Counted from the first letter of the stretch, positions 49,026-60,454 are shown. The stretch: DNA of 64,000 bases from an uncultured virus (IMG/VR IMGVR_UViG_3300034989_000018) (IMGVR_UViG_3300034989_000018); one strand, 5' to 3'. Notes: generated by a model from the sequence alone, not told the origin. A program made the numbers and translations.

Positions 49026-49280
49026 ATGGATAAAAGTAAAGAAATAATGAAAATAATAATAGATAACCTTGAGTTATCTATGGATATTTTAACAGAAAAT
49101 AAACATTATAAAGCTGCTGAAAGTATCGAAAAAGCTATATATCATTTAAATAATGATAAAATAGCAAAAGAACTTGAAGAATCAACAAAAATGGAAGCAT
49201 TAAAAGATTTTGGAGAATCAATGAAAATGAGTATTATTGAAGATTTAAAAGAATCGGGGGAATCAGAAGTTGAAATATAA
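49026..49280 (+). CDS. hypothetical protein
   Basis: AAGGAG RBS. Confidence 0.6.
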   Translation: MDKSKEIMKIIIDNLELSMDILTENKHYKAAESIEKAIYHLNNDKIAKELEESTKMEALKDFGESMKMSIIEDLKESGESEVEI

Positions 49281-49695
49281 TAAATTTATACATAGTTTTG
49301 ACCCAGGAGAATCTACTGGATATATAAGATTCAATAAACAACAAGGTATTATAGAGTCCATGCAAATTTTATTTAATTACAAAGGCATTAATATTATATT
49401 AGAAACTGTAGAACCTGGCGATATCATTATATTTGAAAAAAACGTAGGAAAAATGACTACTCAAGATCAGTTTGATATGTGTAAAAAAGTAGGTTATATA
49501 GAAGGATATTGTGAAGTTAATAAGTTAAATTATTATCAAAATCCACCGTCTTTAAGACGCGGATTCAAGAAAATAGCAGAAAAATATATAAAAAGTAATT
49601 TTGATAAAGATTCATATAAAGTACATAATATTGATGCTTTTGCCCACATACTGTGGTACTTAAATAAACATGAAGGGATTGAAAAATTCAGATGA
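49270..49695 (+). CDS. RuvC-like Holliday junction resolvase
   Basis: SFDPGESTGY, IIFE, HNIDAFAH acidic motifs. Confidence 0.7.
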   Translation: MKYNKFIHSFDPGESTGYIRFNKQQGIIESMQILFNYKGINIILETVEPGDIIIFEKNVGKMTTQDQFDMCKKVGYIEGYCEVNKLNYYQNPPSLRRGFKKIAEKYIKSNFDKDSYKVHNIDAFAHILWYLNKHEGIEKFR

Positions 49696-49724
49696 TTAAT
49701 TTTAGAAAAGGAGAATAAAAAATA

Positions 49725-49970
49725 ATGAAATTTTTTATATTTTACTGGATAATAGGTTTAATACTAGGATATATTTTAATACCTAAAGCAACTAAAAAAT
49801 TAAAAAAAGAACATGAAGGATATAGAGATTTTTTTTCAAGATTTGTACAAGATTATGGAGATAATATAATTATTCTCATGATACCGATATTAATAGTATC
49901 CTTCATATATCCCTTTATACTTATGTCATCTTTAATAAAAAAAATAAGAGGGAAAGGAGTAAATAAATAA
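49725..49970 (+). CDS. small membrane protein
   Basis: Two TM helices. Confidence 0.6.
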   Translation: MKFFIFYWIIGLILGYILIPKATKKLKKEHEGYRDFFSRFVQDYGDNIIILMIPILIVSFIYPFILMSSLIKKIRGKGVNK

Positions 49971-51625
49971 TGCATATATCAATCAAAAGAAAAAGATTAT
50001 ATATAGAATCTGATAATTTAAATAATATCGAGTCTCACCAATTAATCGGTTGGACTCCTAATTATCTTAAGGGATATGCCAGTATGAATCTAGATATACA
50101 GGCTCTTTGTAATCTTCTCAAACAAACATCTGAAAAACCAAACGCTACAGAAGAAGTAAAAACATGGTATAAACAGGAAATTGAGAAAAATAAATTAGCT
50201 CTAAATCAAAAAAGAGCTAATTTATATAATTTAAATAAAGAATTAAAAGAATATCAGTTAGAAGCAATAAACTATTTTTTAAACGTTAGGAATTGTATCA
50301 TAGGTTACGACATGGGTTTGGGAAAAACACTAATAGGTATCAATTGTATTAAAGCAATAAAAGCATACAAGACAATGATAGTATGCCCAAGTTACCTTAA
50401 ATATTCATGGGGTAAAGAAATTAAAAAATGGTCACCTAAACTTACTTATACTATTATTGATGGTACACCAGAACAAAAGGAACAACAGTTCAAAGAACAC
50501 CAGGAACAAAAGAGGATTATCTTAATAATTAACTATGAACAAATAAGGGTAAAAACTAAGAAAAATGGTAAGGTAATAGAAATTAATGTACATGAGTATA
50601 TCCAGAAGACTAAATTTGACCTGGTAATTTGGGATGAAGCGCATAGATTAAAAAGCAGAGATAGCCATATATCTAAAGGTGCTTATGCTATTAATGCCAC
50701 AAATAGACTTATGCTAACAGGCACACCAATCACTAAAAATTCTGGTGAAATTTATGGTCCTTTGAAAATATTAGATAGGCAAAGATTTACAAGCTATTGG
50801 ACTTTTGTTAAATATTATTGTCATGTATATGAGGGTTTTAAAGGTCTTGATGTAGGTCATGTTATAAGACCTAAAGAATTTAAAAACTTATTAAATAGAT
50901 ATATGATCAGGAAGTTGAAAGAAGATGTAGCAAAAGAATTACCTGATAAAGTTTATATAAATATTCCAGTTTATATGAATGACAAGCAAACCAAATATTA
51001 TAATGATGCACTAGAAGACTATTTAAATCCATCAGGAGACATAATTGAATCAGATGTAGAAAAGTTTATTAGGATATGTCAGATTGCTCAAAATCCTGTA
51101 ATTTTAGGCGGACATGATGTATCTTGTGTAAAAGATGCAACTATAAATCTTATAGATGATATAGGTGAAAAAAATATAATGGTAGCATGTACATATATAG
51201 AAATGTCTAAGAATATTCAAAAATCATTAGAAAATAAATATCCTGGAAGAAATGTGTATCTTATAAATTCACAAGTAAGAAATAGACATGAAATAGTAGA
51301 AAAATTCAAAGAAGATGATACTGCGATTTTAGTAACTACTATTAAATGTTTGGCCGAAGGAGCAAATCTTGATTGCTGTGATTACATCATCTATGATGAT
51401 ATTGAATGGAATTGTGGAGTCAATCTACAATTTGAAAACAGGATTCACAGAATGACTAGTACCAGGACAAAATTTTATTATTTTATAATTGTACAAAAAA
51501 CAGTACATCAATATAAACACAATAAGATAATGAGTGAAAGTAAAAGTGCTAAAGCTGCTCTGGGTGATTCAGATTCAAAAGTAATCAGAAGAATCATGAA
51601 AGACTTTAGGAAAGAATTAACATAA
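49970..51625 (+). CDS. SNF2-family DNA helicase
   Basis: DMGLGKT, WDEAHRLK, LTGTP, EGANL, QFENRIHR. Confidence 0.92.
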   Translation: MHISIKRKRLYIESDNLNNIESHQLIGWTPNYLKGYASMNLDIQALCNLLKQTSEKPNATEEVKTWYKQEIEKNKLALNQKRANLYNLNKELKEYQLEAINYFLNVRNCIIGYDMGLGKTLIGINCIKAIKAYKTMIVCPSYLKYSWGKEIKKWSPKLTYTIIDGTPEQKEQQFKEHQEQKRIILIINYEQIRVKTKKNGKVIEINVHEYIQKTKFDLVIWDEAHRLKSRDSHISKGAYAINATNRLMLTGTPITKNSGEIYGPLKILDRQRFTSYWTFVKYYCHVYEGFKGLDVGHVIRPKEFKNLLNRYMIRKLKEDVAKELPDKVYINIPVYMNDKQTKYYNDALEDYLNPSGDIIESDVEKFIRICQIAQNPVILGGHDVSCVKDATINLIDDIGEKNIMVACTYIEMSKNIQKSLENKYPGRNVYLINSQVRNRHEIVEKFKEDDTAILVTTIKCLAEGANLDCCDYIIYDDIEWNCGVNLQFENRIHRMTSTRTKFYYFIIVQKTVHQYKHNKIMSESKSAKAALGDSDSKVIRRIMKDFRKELT

Positions 51626-51667
51626 TACTTATTGAATTAAATTAATTACATTTTTTCAAAAAAAGTG

Positions 51668-51696
51668 TTGACATTCTGTAAGAAGTATTATAGAAT
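51668..51696 (+). promoter_or_regulatory. sigmaA-type promoter
   Basis: TTGACA-17 nt-TAGAAT. Confidence 0.75.
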
Positions 51697-51742
51697 AATA
51701 ATTGTTCAAGAGAACACAAAAATACTAAAAATATAAAGGAGA

Positions 51743-52492
51743 ATGAAAATGGCTAAAAAAGACACAAAAATCAATTATATATTAAAAGGCGTGAACACTA
51801 ACACAATACAATTTTCATGTTTGTTAGATGGTCAATACAAATCAAAGAACGGTGATTTTGTAAGGGTGCCTAAAGATGATTATAAACAAGAGTTAAAGCA
51901 CAATGACAAATTAGAACATAGGGCAGAAATAGTTATTAATAATAAATTACCTGATGGTAGTATAAATCCTACCATAAGAGAAATTAAAAATATTATAATT
52001 GAACTATGGAAAGAACACAAGATTCCTAAAACTGGAATTAGCTGTTTTAGAGATGGAGATAAAAAAGCAAAAGAATTAGAAAGTAATGAAAAGAATGGAG
52101 ATAGGCTTTTAGGTACATATTTTTTAAAAGTTCATTCTAAATATGACATAAAATTTTATGACAAATATGTAAGACAATACAAACCAGAAGAAGATGCTGA
52201 ATTAGATGGGAAATATTGCAATGCAGTATTACAGTTCAAAAATTATGACAATGGAACAAATATAGGTGTTACATGCTTTATAACTAAAATACAAGTATTT
52301 GACCAAAACCCTGCATTTGAATTTGATATAAGTGCAGAAGATGCCTTCGATGCTGTACAGTTTGGAGAAGATGAAAAAGAAGAAGTTTTACAAAAAGCTG
52401 TTGATTCTAAAACAACTAAGTTACCCACATGTGAAGATTTATTACATGGATTACCATTGGATGATGATGACGATGATTCACCATTTAACTAA
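51743..52492 (+). CDS. single-stranded DNA-binding protein (DUF2815/T7 gp2.5-like)
   Basis: FRDGD, GKYCNAVL, NIGVTCFITKIQV; acidic tail DDDDDDSPFN; next to DNA polymerase. Confidence 0.75.
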   Translation: MKMAKKDTKINYILKGVNTNTIQFSCLLDGQYKSKNGDFVRVPKDDYKQELKHNDKLEHRAEIVINNKLPDGSINPTIREIKNIIIELWKEHKIPKTGISCFRDGDKKAKELESNEKNGDRLLGTYFLKVHSKYDIKFYDKYVRQYKPEEDAELDGKYCNAVLQFKNYDNGTNIGVTCFITKIQVFDQNPAFEFDISAEDAFDAVQFGEDEKEEVLQKAVDSKTTKLPTCEDLLHGLPLDDDDDDSPFN

Positions 52493-52578
52493 AGCATTTT
52501 AAATAATATAAAATATAATACGTGGGTAACTTAGTTATCCATGTATTTATTTTAATAAAAAATGGAGGTTTTTTAGAA

Positions 52579-52983
52579 ATGGATGAAAAAAAATATTTTT
52601 ATGATGTTGATGGATTATTTAAATTAATGAAACCATTTAAGACTTCTACAGATAACATTAAATCATTTGACAAAAAAGCAAATAATAGAAGTGCTTGTTT
52701 ATTCATATCCATTTATCGTGGATACCCTAAGACACAAATACGTGTAGACTTATGTAAAGAAAAAAATCATCATGGAGATTTAATAAGTATATCAGATATA
52801 ATTTACAGGTCGTCAATACCCGGATTATACGAATATTGTAATGAAACAATAGAGATAATTCAAAATTGGCAAAAAGGTCATAATCTTATTTTAGAAATAG
52901 ATAAAGAACTTATTAAGATGGATATAGAAAATATAGAGAAAGTTAAAGAACTTATTGAGATGAATATCTTAATAAGATATTAA
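52579..52983 (+). CDS. hypothetical protein
   Basis: GGAGG RBS before ATG 52579. Confidence 0.65.
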   Translation: MDEKKYFYDVDGLFKLMKPFKTSTDNIKSFDKKANNRSACLFISIYRGYPKTQIRVDLCKEKNHHGDLISISDIIYRSSIPGLYEYCNETIEIIQNWQKGHNLILEIDKELIKMDIENIEKVKELIEMNILIRY

Positions 52984-52998
52984 AGGAGTTGATATTAG

Positions 52999-55902
52999 AT
53001 GATAACAGAAAATTTAAAGTATCAGGTGTTTGATACAGAATGTCTTAAAGGTTCTTATTTCTCTTACCAATGGAGAAATGAGAATATGGAAGAATCAAAA
53101 ATGATAGAGTGCAAAACTGATGAAGATTGCTATAAATTCTATAACAATCTCAAAAAAGCTAACAGGGCTATGTATTGCTATTCAATTAACTACGACAAAA
53201 CCATGCTTAATGCTCTTTGTAAATTCGTTGAAAAAGGAATTACCGATATTCCGACAAAATTAAGAAGAGTTAACGATTATTTGATAATGGGAGAATTGAA
53301 CTACTTTAGAATCAATACAGAATTCTGGTGTAATTATTATTATAGACTAGAAATTCAATTTGATAATAAAACTGAGTTATTTAAAGAATCAATAAAAAGA
53401 ATAAGTTTAAATGAAAATGATAAATATATTACATCTTTTTTAGAAGAATTTCCTTACTTGTTAGGACAATCTAAAGTTTTTAAAAACCTTAATATTATAG
53501 ATGTTCCTAAAATGCTTTATTACTTCACAATAAGAAAAGATGGTGTGCTACGAATGAATATATCATTAAAAAAATTACAATTATATGAGGAACAAACTAA
53601 TATTACTCATGACTTTGAGAAGTCATTTGACTTTGAAGAGCTTGTAAAAGATGGTAAATATAAACAATTTAAAAAATATGCTTTAAATGATAGTGACTTT
53701 CTATTCAGGTATTTTCAAAAAAAATGTCTTCCTATCATTGAAAATAGAGTCAAGGCATGTGAGGCAATTAAAATGTTTGATGAATCATTTGAACCTACAG
53801 AACGAATGATTCACAGTGAAAATAATACAAACTTATTAATTAATGCGTTTTCGCTTAAACAAAAACAAAATGATAAAAAAGTACAATATGAAGATAATAC
53901 ACTTGAATTAGATGAATTAACATATGGTGAAATGTTAGATGAATTAAATGAATTAACTGAAAAATCAAATGGTACATATGAAACCGAATTTATAAGCGGA
54001 GAATTAATACCTGTGGGTACTGATTATTTCATTAAAGAATTTAATGAAATTATAGAAAAATATGAACACTTTAAAAAACCTAAAAATAAGTTTGGTATAG
54101 ATTTCAAAAAAGCACTTGAATATAAAGATGTTATTGATATGACAGAATACATAAAACCCACCGGCTATGAAAAATTTGATAATTTTGTAAAATTTGTTGA
54201 TATGCATCCTTATGTTACAAAAGATAAAAAATTAAAAGAATTATACTGTGAATCATACGAAAAAGAGTATATTAATGATGATAAGCAACAAGAACATGAA
54301 GGCCAAATACAGGTAATAGTAGATTCATTTGATACTTTTAATCTGTTTGGGACTACAGTTACAATAGGTCTTGGTGGTATACATGGAGCAATAGAGAAAT
54401 ACATAAATGAAAACTTATGGCATCTAGATTACAGGAGTCTGTATCCTAGTATAATTATCTTATTCGAGAAATATTATGGAAAAATAATAAAAATGCCATT
54501 ATACAAAGCACTCTATAATTTTAGGAACTTTGAAGTTAAAGTACAACTAAAAGAAATAGATGAAAAAATAAATGCTATCTATACTAAAATAGATGAAGGA
54601 GGTAATGATGGAGCAGATATAATGGAATATCAAGGTGAATTACAAGAATTAGAAGAATCAAAGAATAGATTAGAGTACTTATCTGACGGTTGTAAATTGC
54701 TTCTAAATAGCTTATATGGACTAATAAATTCAGAATTCAACTTTAGTATATCCCACAAACAATTAGGACGTTTTATATGTTTATATGGTCAATACAGGGT
54801 AATCGAATTATGTAAACTAATCATGAAAAATAGTCCACAAAGTAAATTACCAAACATAAACACTGATGGAATAATAATAGATAATATAGATAAGTTTATC
54901 TGTAGTGAAATAGCAATCCAGGATAAACAAGATGACATAGTAATTTTAGGTATAAACAAGATTGATAAAATCATACAAAATGATGTAAATAATTATATAA
55001 AAATAACAGAAGGTAAGACGAAAACTAAAGGCAACGCTTATAGAACAGGTATAAAACAAGCATTCCATAGATTTGAAAAGTTAACATGTAACATAAGTAA
55101 TGCTTTAAAACTTATTAATCATGAAAAACCAGAAGTATTGCCTGTTTTATTCCATAATACAGCTGTAAAATCTACTATCAAATTAGAAGATGAAGAAACC
55201 AGTAAAAATAAAGTATATTATCTTACTACTCAGGACAAAGGTAAAATAGCAATCAAATGGATTGCAAATCCTATTGTATTAACATGGGGAGGAGAATACA
55301 TGTATTTCACAACAAATAAGGATGATGCAGACCCACAGATGTATCTAAAGTTTGCACAAATCACCAAAGATAAGATAATGAACTTCACACTTACAGAAAC
55401 AGATAATATAAAATATTATCCTTATGAATTAATAGAAGATACAGATAATAGTAATTTAAAGAAAAAGAAAGACATAAGGAAAATGTTAAATAAAATAGCT
55501 AAAGGATTCATTTGTATCAATGGGTTAAATGCTGATATTAAACAAATCATGGTCGATGATTTGAAACCAGTAAAAGAACTTAGTAATTACACCATGACTA
55601 AGATAATAAATAGTACAGAAGTTAAAGGATTCAGCCTTAAAAATGATGAAGAATTTACTTGTTTAGCTACAAATAACAAAAAGGATATTAAAAGACTTGA
55701 TGAACTAAATACATTCAAGGTAACCCATAAATCAGGACACGTAATGTATGTATTAAAAAATGCAGTATTCATGGACTTAGATAAATATAATAAGGTTAAT
55801 ATAGTAAATGCTGATTATATACCAGTAATCACATTAGATGGCGAATTCACTTGTAATCTACAGGAAATAAAAGTTTATAGTGAGGAAGGAGTAAAAAAAT
55901 GA
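52999..55902 (+). CDS. polB: family B DNA polymerase with 3'-5' exonuclease
   Basis: Exo motifs DTE, NYD, YALND; polymerase motifs DYRSLYPS, KLLLNSLYG, NTDG. Confidence 0.9.
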   Translation: MITENLKYQVFDTECLKGSYFSYQWRNENMEESKMIECKTDEDCYKFYNNLKKANRAMYCYSINYDKTMLNALCKFVEKGITDIPTKLRRVNDYLIMGELNYFRINTEFWCNYYYRLEIQFDNKTELFKESIKRISLNENDKYITSFLEEFPYLLGQSKVFKNLNIIDVPKMLYYFTIRKDGVLRMNISLKKLQLYEEQTNITHDFEKSFDFEELVKDGKYKQFKKYALNDSDFLFRYFQKKCLPIIENRVKACEAIKMFDESFEPTERMIHSENNTNLLINAFSLKQKQNDKKVQYEDNTLELDELTYGEMLDELNELTEKSNGTYETEFISGELIPVGTDYFIKEFNEIIEKYEHFKKPKNKFGIDFKKALEYKDVIDMTEYIKPTGYEKFDNFVKFVDMHPYVTKDKKLKELYCESYEKEYINDDKQQEHEGQIQVIVDSFDTFNLFGTTVTIGLGGIHGAIEKYINENLWHLDYRSLYPSIIILFEKYYGKIIKMPLYKALYNFRNFEVKVQLKEIDEKINAIYTKIDEGGNDGADIMEYQGELQELEESKNRLEYLSDGCKLLLNSLYGLINSEFNFSISHKQLGRFICLYGQYRVIELCKLIMKNSPQSKLPNINTDGIIIDNIDKFICSEIAIQDKQDDIVILGINKIDKIIQNDVNNYIKITEGKTKTKGNAYRTGIKQAFHRFEKLTCNISNALKLINHEKPEVLPVLFHNTAVKSTIKLEDEETSKNKVYYLTTQDKGKIAIKWIANPIVLTWGGEYMYFTTNKDDADPQMYLKFAQITKDKIMNFTLTETDNIKYYPYELIEDTDNSNLKKKKDIRKMLNKIAKGFICINGLNADIKQIMVDDLKPVKELSNYTMTKIINSTEVKGFSLKNDEEFTCLATNNKKDIKRLDELNTFKVTHKSGHVMYVLKNAVFMDLDKYNKVNIVNADYIPVITLDGEFTCNLQEIKVYSEEGVKK

Positions 55903-56357
55903 ATAAAAAAGAGATTTATTGTTTAATAAGATATTTTGAATTAGAAGCAGGAGAAGATTTTTTTGACCAGAATGAAACTATAATACAGCCATACCAATTA
56001 ATATTTTGGCTGCTTGGTAAAAAGTACATAACACCTAAACAATTTAATTTAGCAGTATCAGAAAAATTATTAGGTCTTAATGAAATATTTACAGGATATG
56101 AGAAAGAATATGCTATATTTCCTAATGGTGAGGCCGAAGAAATACCAGAAAAATATAAGTACTACATCATAGCTGAATTAATGCAAGATTGTGAAGTATA
56201 TCAACATAGACTAAAAAAAATATTAGAAGAACATAATTTAGTTATAAATGCTTTAGAAATACCAAATAAACAATGGCATGAATACAGAAATACAGTAAAC
56301 GATGAATATAAAGAACTCAATAAACTTACAATAGAAAGGATTAAAAATAATGAATGA
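55899..56357 (+). CDS. hypothetical protein
   Basis: ATGA overlap. Confidence 0.65.
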   Translation: MNKKEIYCLIRYFELEAGEDFFDQNETIIQPYQLIFWLLGKKYITPKQFNLAVSEKLLGLNEIFTGYEKEYAIFPNGEAEEIPEKYKYYIIAELMQDCEVYQHRLKKILEEHNLVINALEIPNKQWHEYRNTVNDEYKELNKLTIERIKNNE

Positions 56358-56625
56358 CATAGAAAAATATAAGAATAAAAAAGTCTATATAGTCTTTGAT
56401 GAAGAAGGTAACAGGAAAGCCATTGGAAATGGTAAAAATATTTATATTTCTGAAGCTCGTATAAAAGGAAGTCTTACTCAACAAACAAAATATTACCTGC
56501 ACGATGGAATTGAAGAACTTATAAAAAGATTTGGGAGATATACAATAAGGACCTATGAATTAAAAGATACTGGAGAAGAAATAACAATCGAAGATTTTAT
56601 TAAAAATGAAATAAAAAAAAACTAA
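56350..56625 (+). CDS. hypothetical protein
   Basis: Operon gene. Confidence 0.6.
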   Translation: MNDIEKYKNKKVYIVFDEEGNRKAIGNGKNIYISEARIKGSLTQQTKYYLHDGIEELIKRFGRYTIRTYELKDTGEEITIEDFIKNEIKKN

Positions 56626-56651
56626 ATCATATATGTAAAGGAGGATAAAAA

Positions 56652-56996
56652 ATGAACTATGATGAAGCAATATCAAAAAATATGGATGAATTAAACAATG
56701 TTTGTACAGAATTAGACAGACTTATGGGAAGAAAAAAACATCTACTAATTCAAACAGAAGAATATAAAAGAGAAAAGAATAAAAAAGGATTAATAATTAC
56801 AGACCATAGCATTGTCAGTTACTTTAAAAGAGTATTAGGATTCAATATCGAAGAAATAAAAGAGCGAATAATTAAACAAGATTTAAAGGGACGATACAAG
56901 GTAATGGGCGACGGTATTTTCGATCAGGGTGATTTCAGAGTCGTAGTAAAAAATAATTCTACCATAACTATTTTAAATAAGGAGATTAAAAAATAA
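56652..56996 (+). CDS. hypothetical protein
   Basis: ITDHSIVSYFKRVLG motif; AAGGAGG RBS. Confidence 0.65.
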   Translation: MNYDEAISKNMDELNNVCTELDRLMGRKKHLLIQTEEYKREKNKKGLIITDHSIVSYFKRVLGFNIEEIKERIIKQDLKGRYKVMGDGIFDQGDFRVVVKNNSTITILNKEIKK

Positions 56997-57078
56997 ACTG
57001 TAAATAAAAAAAATAACATGACTGTTATTATTATAACAGTCATGTTACAATATAAGAAACTGTAAAGGAGTTAAGATA

Positions 57079-57468
57079 ATGAAAATTAGACAACTGACAA
57101 AAGACCATAAAAAATATTATGATGGTAGGTTGAAATATATAGCACCTACAAGTAAGTATGAGTTTATAAACTTATTTGATGAGAGAACTGAAGTAGATTT
57201 TGAAGAAGTGAAAACCCAAATCATAAAGTTACGTGAGGAATTCTATGAATTGATGGCAGAACCTACATATACAATAGAATTTAGAAAAGAGCTGTTTGAC
57301 TTAATAAATGCGGGAATCAATTTAGCTCATTGTCTTAGCTTGTATTATGATAAAAACCATAAATACAAGAATGATTATGAGATTTATAACCGTCATGTAA
57401 ATAAAATAAACCGCAGACTATTAAACCCTGATTATAACTGGGGAATTAAATTAGAAAAAGAGTATTGA
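57079..57468 (+). CDS. MazG-like nucleotide pyrophosphohydrolase
   Basis: KLREEFYEL...KELFDL EExxE/ExxD pattern. Confidence 0.5.
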   Translation: MKIRQLTKDHKKYYDGRLKYIAPTSKYEFINLFDERTEVDFEEVKTQIIKLREEFYELMAEPTYTIEFRKELFDLINAGINLAHCLSLYYDKNHKYKNDYEIYNRHVNKINRRLLNPDYNWGIKLEKEY

Positions 57469-57534
57469 AATGTATCATTGGTGTATGATAGAAAAAAAGT
57501 GTCCAGATGATTGTAAAAGAGAGGATGATAAATA

Positions 57535-57828
57535 ATGGGAATTATAAAAAAATACGACTTACAATGTGATTTTTGCGAAAATAAATTAAGTGATGATTAT
57601 AAAGAAGTACAAGAGTTTGATATGATAGGACAAATTATGCATTTTGCGAAAGATAATTTATGGGACTATAAAAAATTGAAAGGAATTCAAAAACAAAAAT
57701 GGAGATGTCCTGAATGTAGAACAAAAAAAGCAGGTGAAGAAAAAGAAGAAAAAGAAGAAGAAGAAATAAATTATTATTATAAGTTTACAAATTTATTTGA
57801 GGGTTCAGAATTTGAAAAAAAGGAGTGA
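57535..57828 (+). CDS. zinc-finger hypothetical protein
   Basis: CDFC...CPEC. Confidence 0.65.
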   Translation: MGIIKKYDLQCDFCENKLSDDYKEVQEFDMIGQIMHFAKDNLWDYKKLKGIQKQKWRCPECRTKKAGEEKEEKEEEEINYYYKFTNLFEGSEFEKKE

Positions 57829-57833
57829 TGTAA

Positions 57834-59771
57834 GTGTACAAAAAAAATAAATATGATAATAAAAGCCTACATTTAGGGCACGACTTATCAAAATTAATAT
57901 TTAATTTAAATAAATTAATAAATAGGAAAATAAAAGCAATTGGATTTCCAATTGTCTTCTTTTTATTTTATATGATCCTAAATGAAAAAATAAAAAATTC
58001 GACTCTACATAATCATACACATTTTTTAATATTTATGATAATACTTATTTATATTATTTGCTACATTACCTCGTTGATCTTGTTAAATGAGTACTATAAT
58101 ATAAAGTTTTTCCATGCAAAAGTAATAACAGGCAATCAATATATAAACTTTACTAACTATACTAAATCTAATAAATATGAAAAAATATGGTTATTTACGA
58201 CTAATGTACCTGTCAAATACTTGATTGCTAATAGTGATATAGTTGCTAATGTATTAAAAAATCATGTAGTAGAAATTAGACAACGTAAACATAGTTTTAC
58301 TATGATAGAAATTATTACATCTAGCAAGGTAATTAATTATAAGGAACTTGCTAAATTTGGAGATAGTAATATTATAAAATTACAATCAGCCTTTAAATTA
58401 AATGGTATAAATATATATAATTGCTCACAAGAACTTGAACAATACAAAGATACTATTTATTTTGATTGTGATGAAAAAAAATTAAGTTTACTAAAGGTCC
58501 TGGATGAAATTAAACACCTTACTGCTATAAGTAACATGACTATATATAGCAATCAGAACACCGACTTTAAGCTAATTATAGAAAAACCTGTCGGAATTAT
58601 TGATTTTACTGAGTTGCTAATAGAAAGCGACTTAGATAAAGAAACTAATATCTTGCTAGGTATAGATAACAATAATAGAGAAATAGCAATAAGTATTTTT
58701 GATATATATCATAGTATTGTAGCAGGTAGCACAGGGTATGGAAAAAGTAACCTAGGACACGTAATAATTAGTAGTTTATTAAAATCAGGTCTTGATATAG
58801 TAAATGTTTTACTAGACCCTAAAAAATCCGAACTTAAAAGGTATCGTGATATTCAAAATGTATTCTATTCAGGTGATAAAAAAGAAATAATTAAAATCCT
58901 CGAATTATTAGTAATTGAAATGGATAAAAGAAATATCTTATTCGAACAGGATAAATTTATAAAAGATATAGATACATGGAATATAAAAATGAAACATAAT
59001 AAATTACCTTATATTGTTATCTACATCGAAGAAATAGCTGATTTGATTTTATCAACTGACAAAGAACTTAAAAAATCATTTGAAAACTCAATAATAAGAC
59101 TTACTCAATTAGGTAGGTCTACAGGATTTAGATTATTTCTTAGCACTCAATTTCCAAAAAAAGAAATCATTAATACAGTTATAAAAGCTAATTGCGCCAC
59201 TAGATTTGGATTTGGTACAATTACTAACATAGAATCAAGAGTAATTTTAGACGATGATAAATGTAAAGGACTTAACAAAGGACAAATGATTTTACAAACT
59301 AATGATATAGAAATAAAAATTAAAGTGCCTTTACTAAAAAATAATGTTATCGAAGATATTGTTTATTATCTTGAAGACTTGGATAAATTAGCTAAAAAGA
59401 CCATGAGTATATATTTTATATCGAATATGTCAAATACCCTAAATAACTGTAAGTTAGACGTTAAAAAAGATATACCGAATATACCGAATATACCGAATAA
59501 TATAAATAAAAAAGTTAATATAAATAAAGATAAAGTATTACTCATACGAAAATACAATATCGAAAATGAAAAAGATTTGTTAAATTTTTACATAGATTGT
59601 AATGAAAATAATCAAATATTATCAGTAGATAAAACTTTAAAACATATAAATATAGGTAAAACTAAATTACAAGAGTTCAGAAAAAAATTAATAACAGATG
59701 AATATTTAATTGTGGATAATAAAAAAGTATTCTTAAATAAAAATAAATTAAAAAATTATAAAATATTATAA
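57834..59771 (+). CDS. FtsK/SpoIIIE-family DNA translocase with two N-terminal TM helices
   Basis: AGSTGYGKS Walker A, LLDPK, EMDKR, YIVIYIEE Walker B, GRSTG, STQ, IKAN. Confidence 0.88.
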   Translation: MYKKNKYDNKSLHLGHDLSKLIFNLNKLINRKIKAIGFPIVFFLFYMILNEKIKNSTLHNHTHFLIFMIILIYIICYITSLILLNEYYNIKFFHAKVITGNQYINFTNYTKSNKYEKIWLFTTNVPVKYLIANSDIVANVLKNHVVEIRQRKHSFTMIEIITSSKVINYKELAKFGDSNIIKLQSAFKLNGINIYNCSQELEQYKDTIYFDCDEKKLSLLKVLDEIKHLTAISNMTIYSNQNTDFKLIIEKPVGIIDFTELLIESDLDKETNILLGIDNNNREIAISIFDIYHSIVAGSTGYGKSNLGHVIISSLLKSGLDIVNVLLDPKKSELKRYRDIQNVFYSGDKKEIIKILELLVIEMDKRNILFEQDKFIKDIDTWNIKMKHNKLPYIVIYIEEIADLILSTDKELKKSFENSIIRLTQLGRSTGFRLFLSTQFPKKEIINTVIKANCATRFGFGTITNIESRVILDDDKCKGLNKGQMILQTNDIEIKIKVPLLKNNVIEDIVYYLEDLDKLAKKTMSIYFISNMSNTLNNCKLDVKKDIPNIPNIPNNINKKVNINKDKVLLIRKYNIENEKDLLNFYIDCNENNQILSVDKTLKHINIGKTKLQEFRKKLITDEYLIVDNKKVFLNKNKLKNYKIL

Positions 59772-59944
59772 CTATAAATCTTAGCTTCCTAAAAATCAAT
59801 AAAAAAATGCACACAAAAAAAAGACCGTCAATTGACGGTCTTAAATATTTAATAAAAATTTAAAACACTGACATATTTTTTTAAATATTACCAACATTAA
59901 TATAATAGGTAATATAAATATTGTTGCAAACATTAATATAATTT

Positions 59945-60454
59945 TCATTGCATTTTCTCCTTTACTGATTTAATTTTACTGAAAATGCTTTCTTTATGTA
60001 CTAAAGTCATAAATTTATTATAAAATGAATCTAATTTATCATCATTAAACCCCATAGGATTTCTAACTTGATATTGAACGTCTATTTTATTAGACTCATT
60101 AACTGATAAATATTTTTCACAAATTCTGAAATCTTTAATATATATTGTTTCAAGATGTATTAAAGGTTTCTTTTTTTCAAATGGTGCATCATAATCTTTA
60201 TTATCTACCATTTCAGTCCAAGAAAATTGTATCTTTTGTTCTTCCAGTAAATACAGATAATTATTTATATCATGTATTATATATTCTTTCATTTTTTTAT
60301 TATCATATTCATACGATAACCAATCATATAATAAAGTTTTCAGTTCTTTAGAAGTCATCGATTTTATTTCTAAATTATCTCTTTCTTTTATAAAATCATT
60401 TAACTCTAATACGCATTGCACTAGAGTATCTTTAGATATTTTGTTTAATAACAT
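59945..60454 (-). CDS. hypothetical protein
   Basis: AGGAGG RBS on minus strand. Confidence 0.7.
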   Translation of the reverse strand: MLLNKISKDTLVQCVLELNDFIKERDNLEIKSMTSKELKTLLYDWLSYEYDNKKMKEYIIHDINNYLYLLEEQKIQFSWTEMVDNKDYDAPFEKKKPLIHLETIYIKDFRICEKYLSVNESNKIDVQYQVRNPMGFNDDKLDSFYNKFMTLVHKESIFSKIKSVKEKMQ

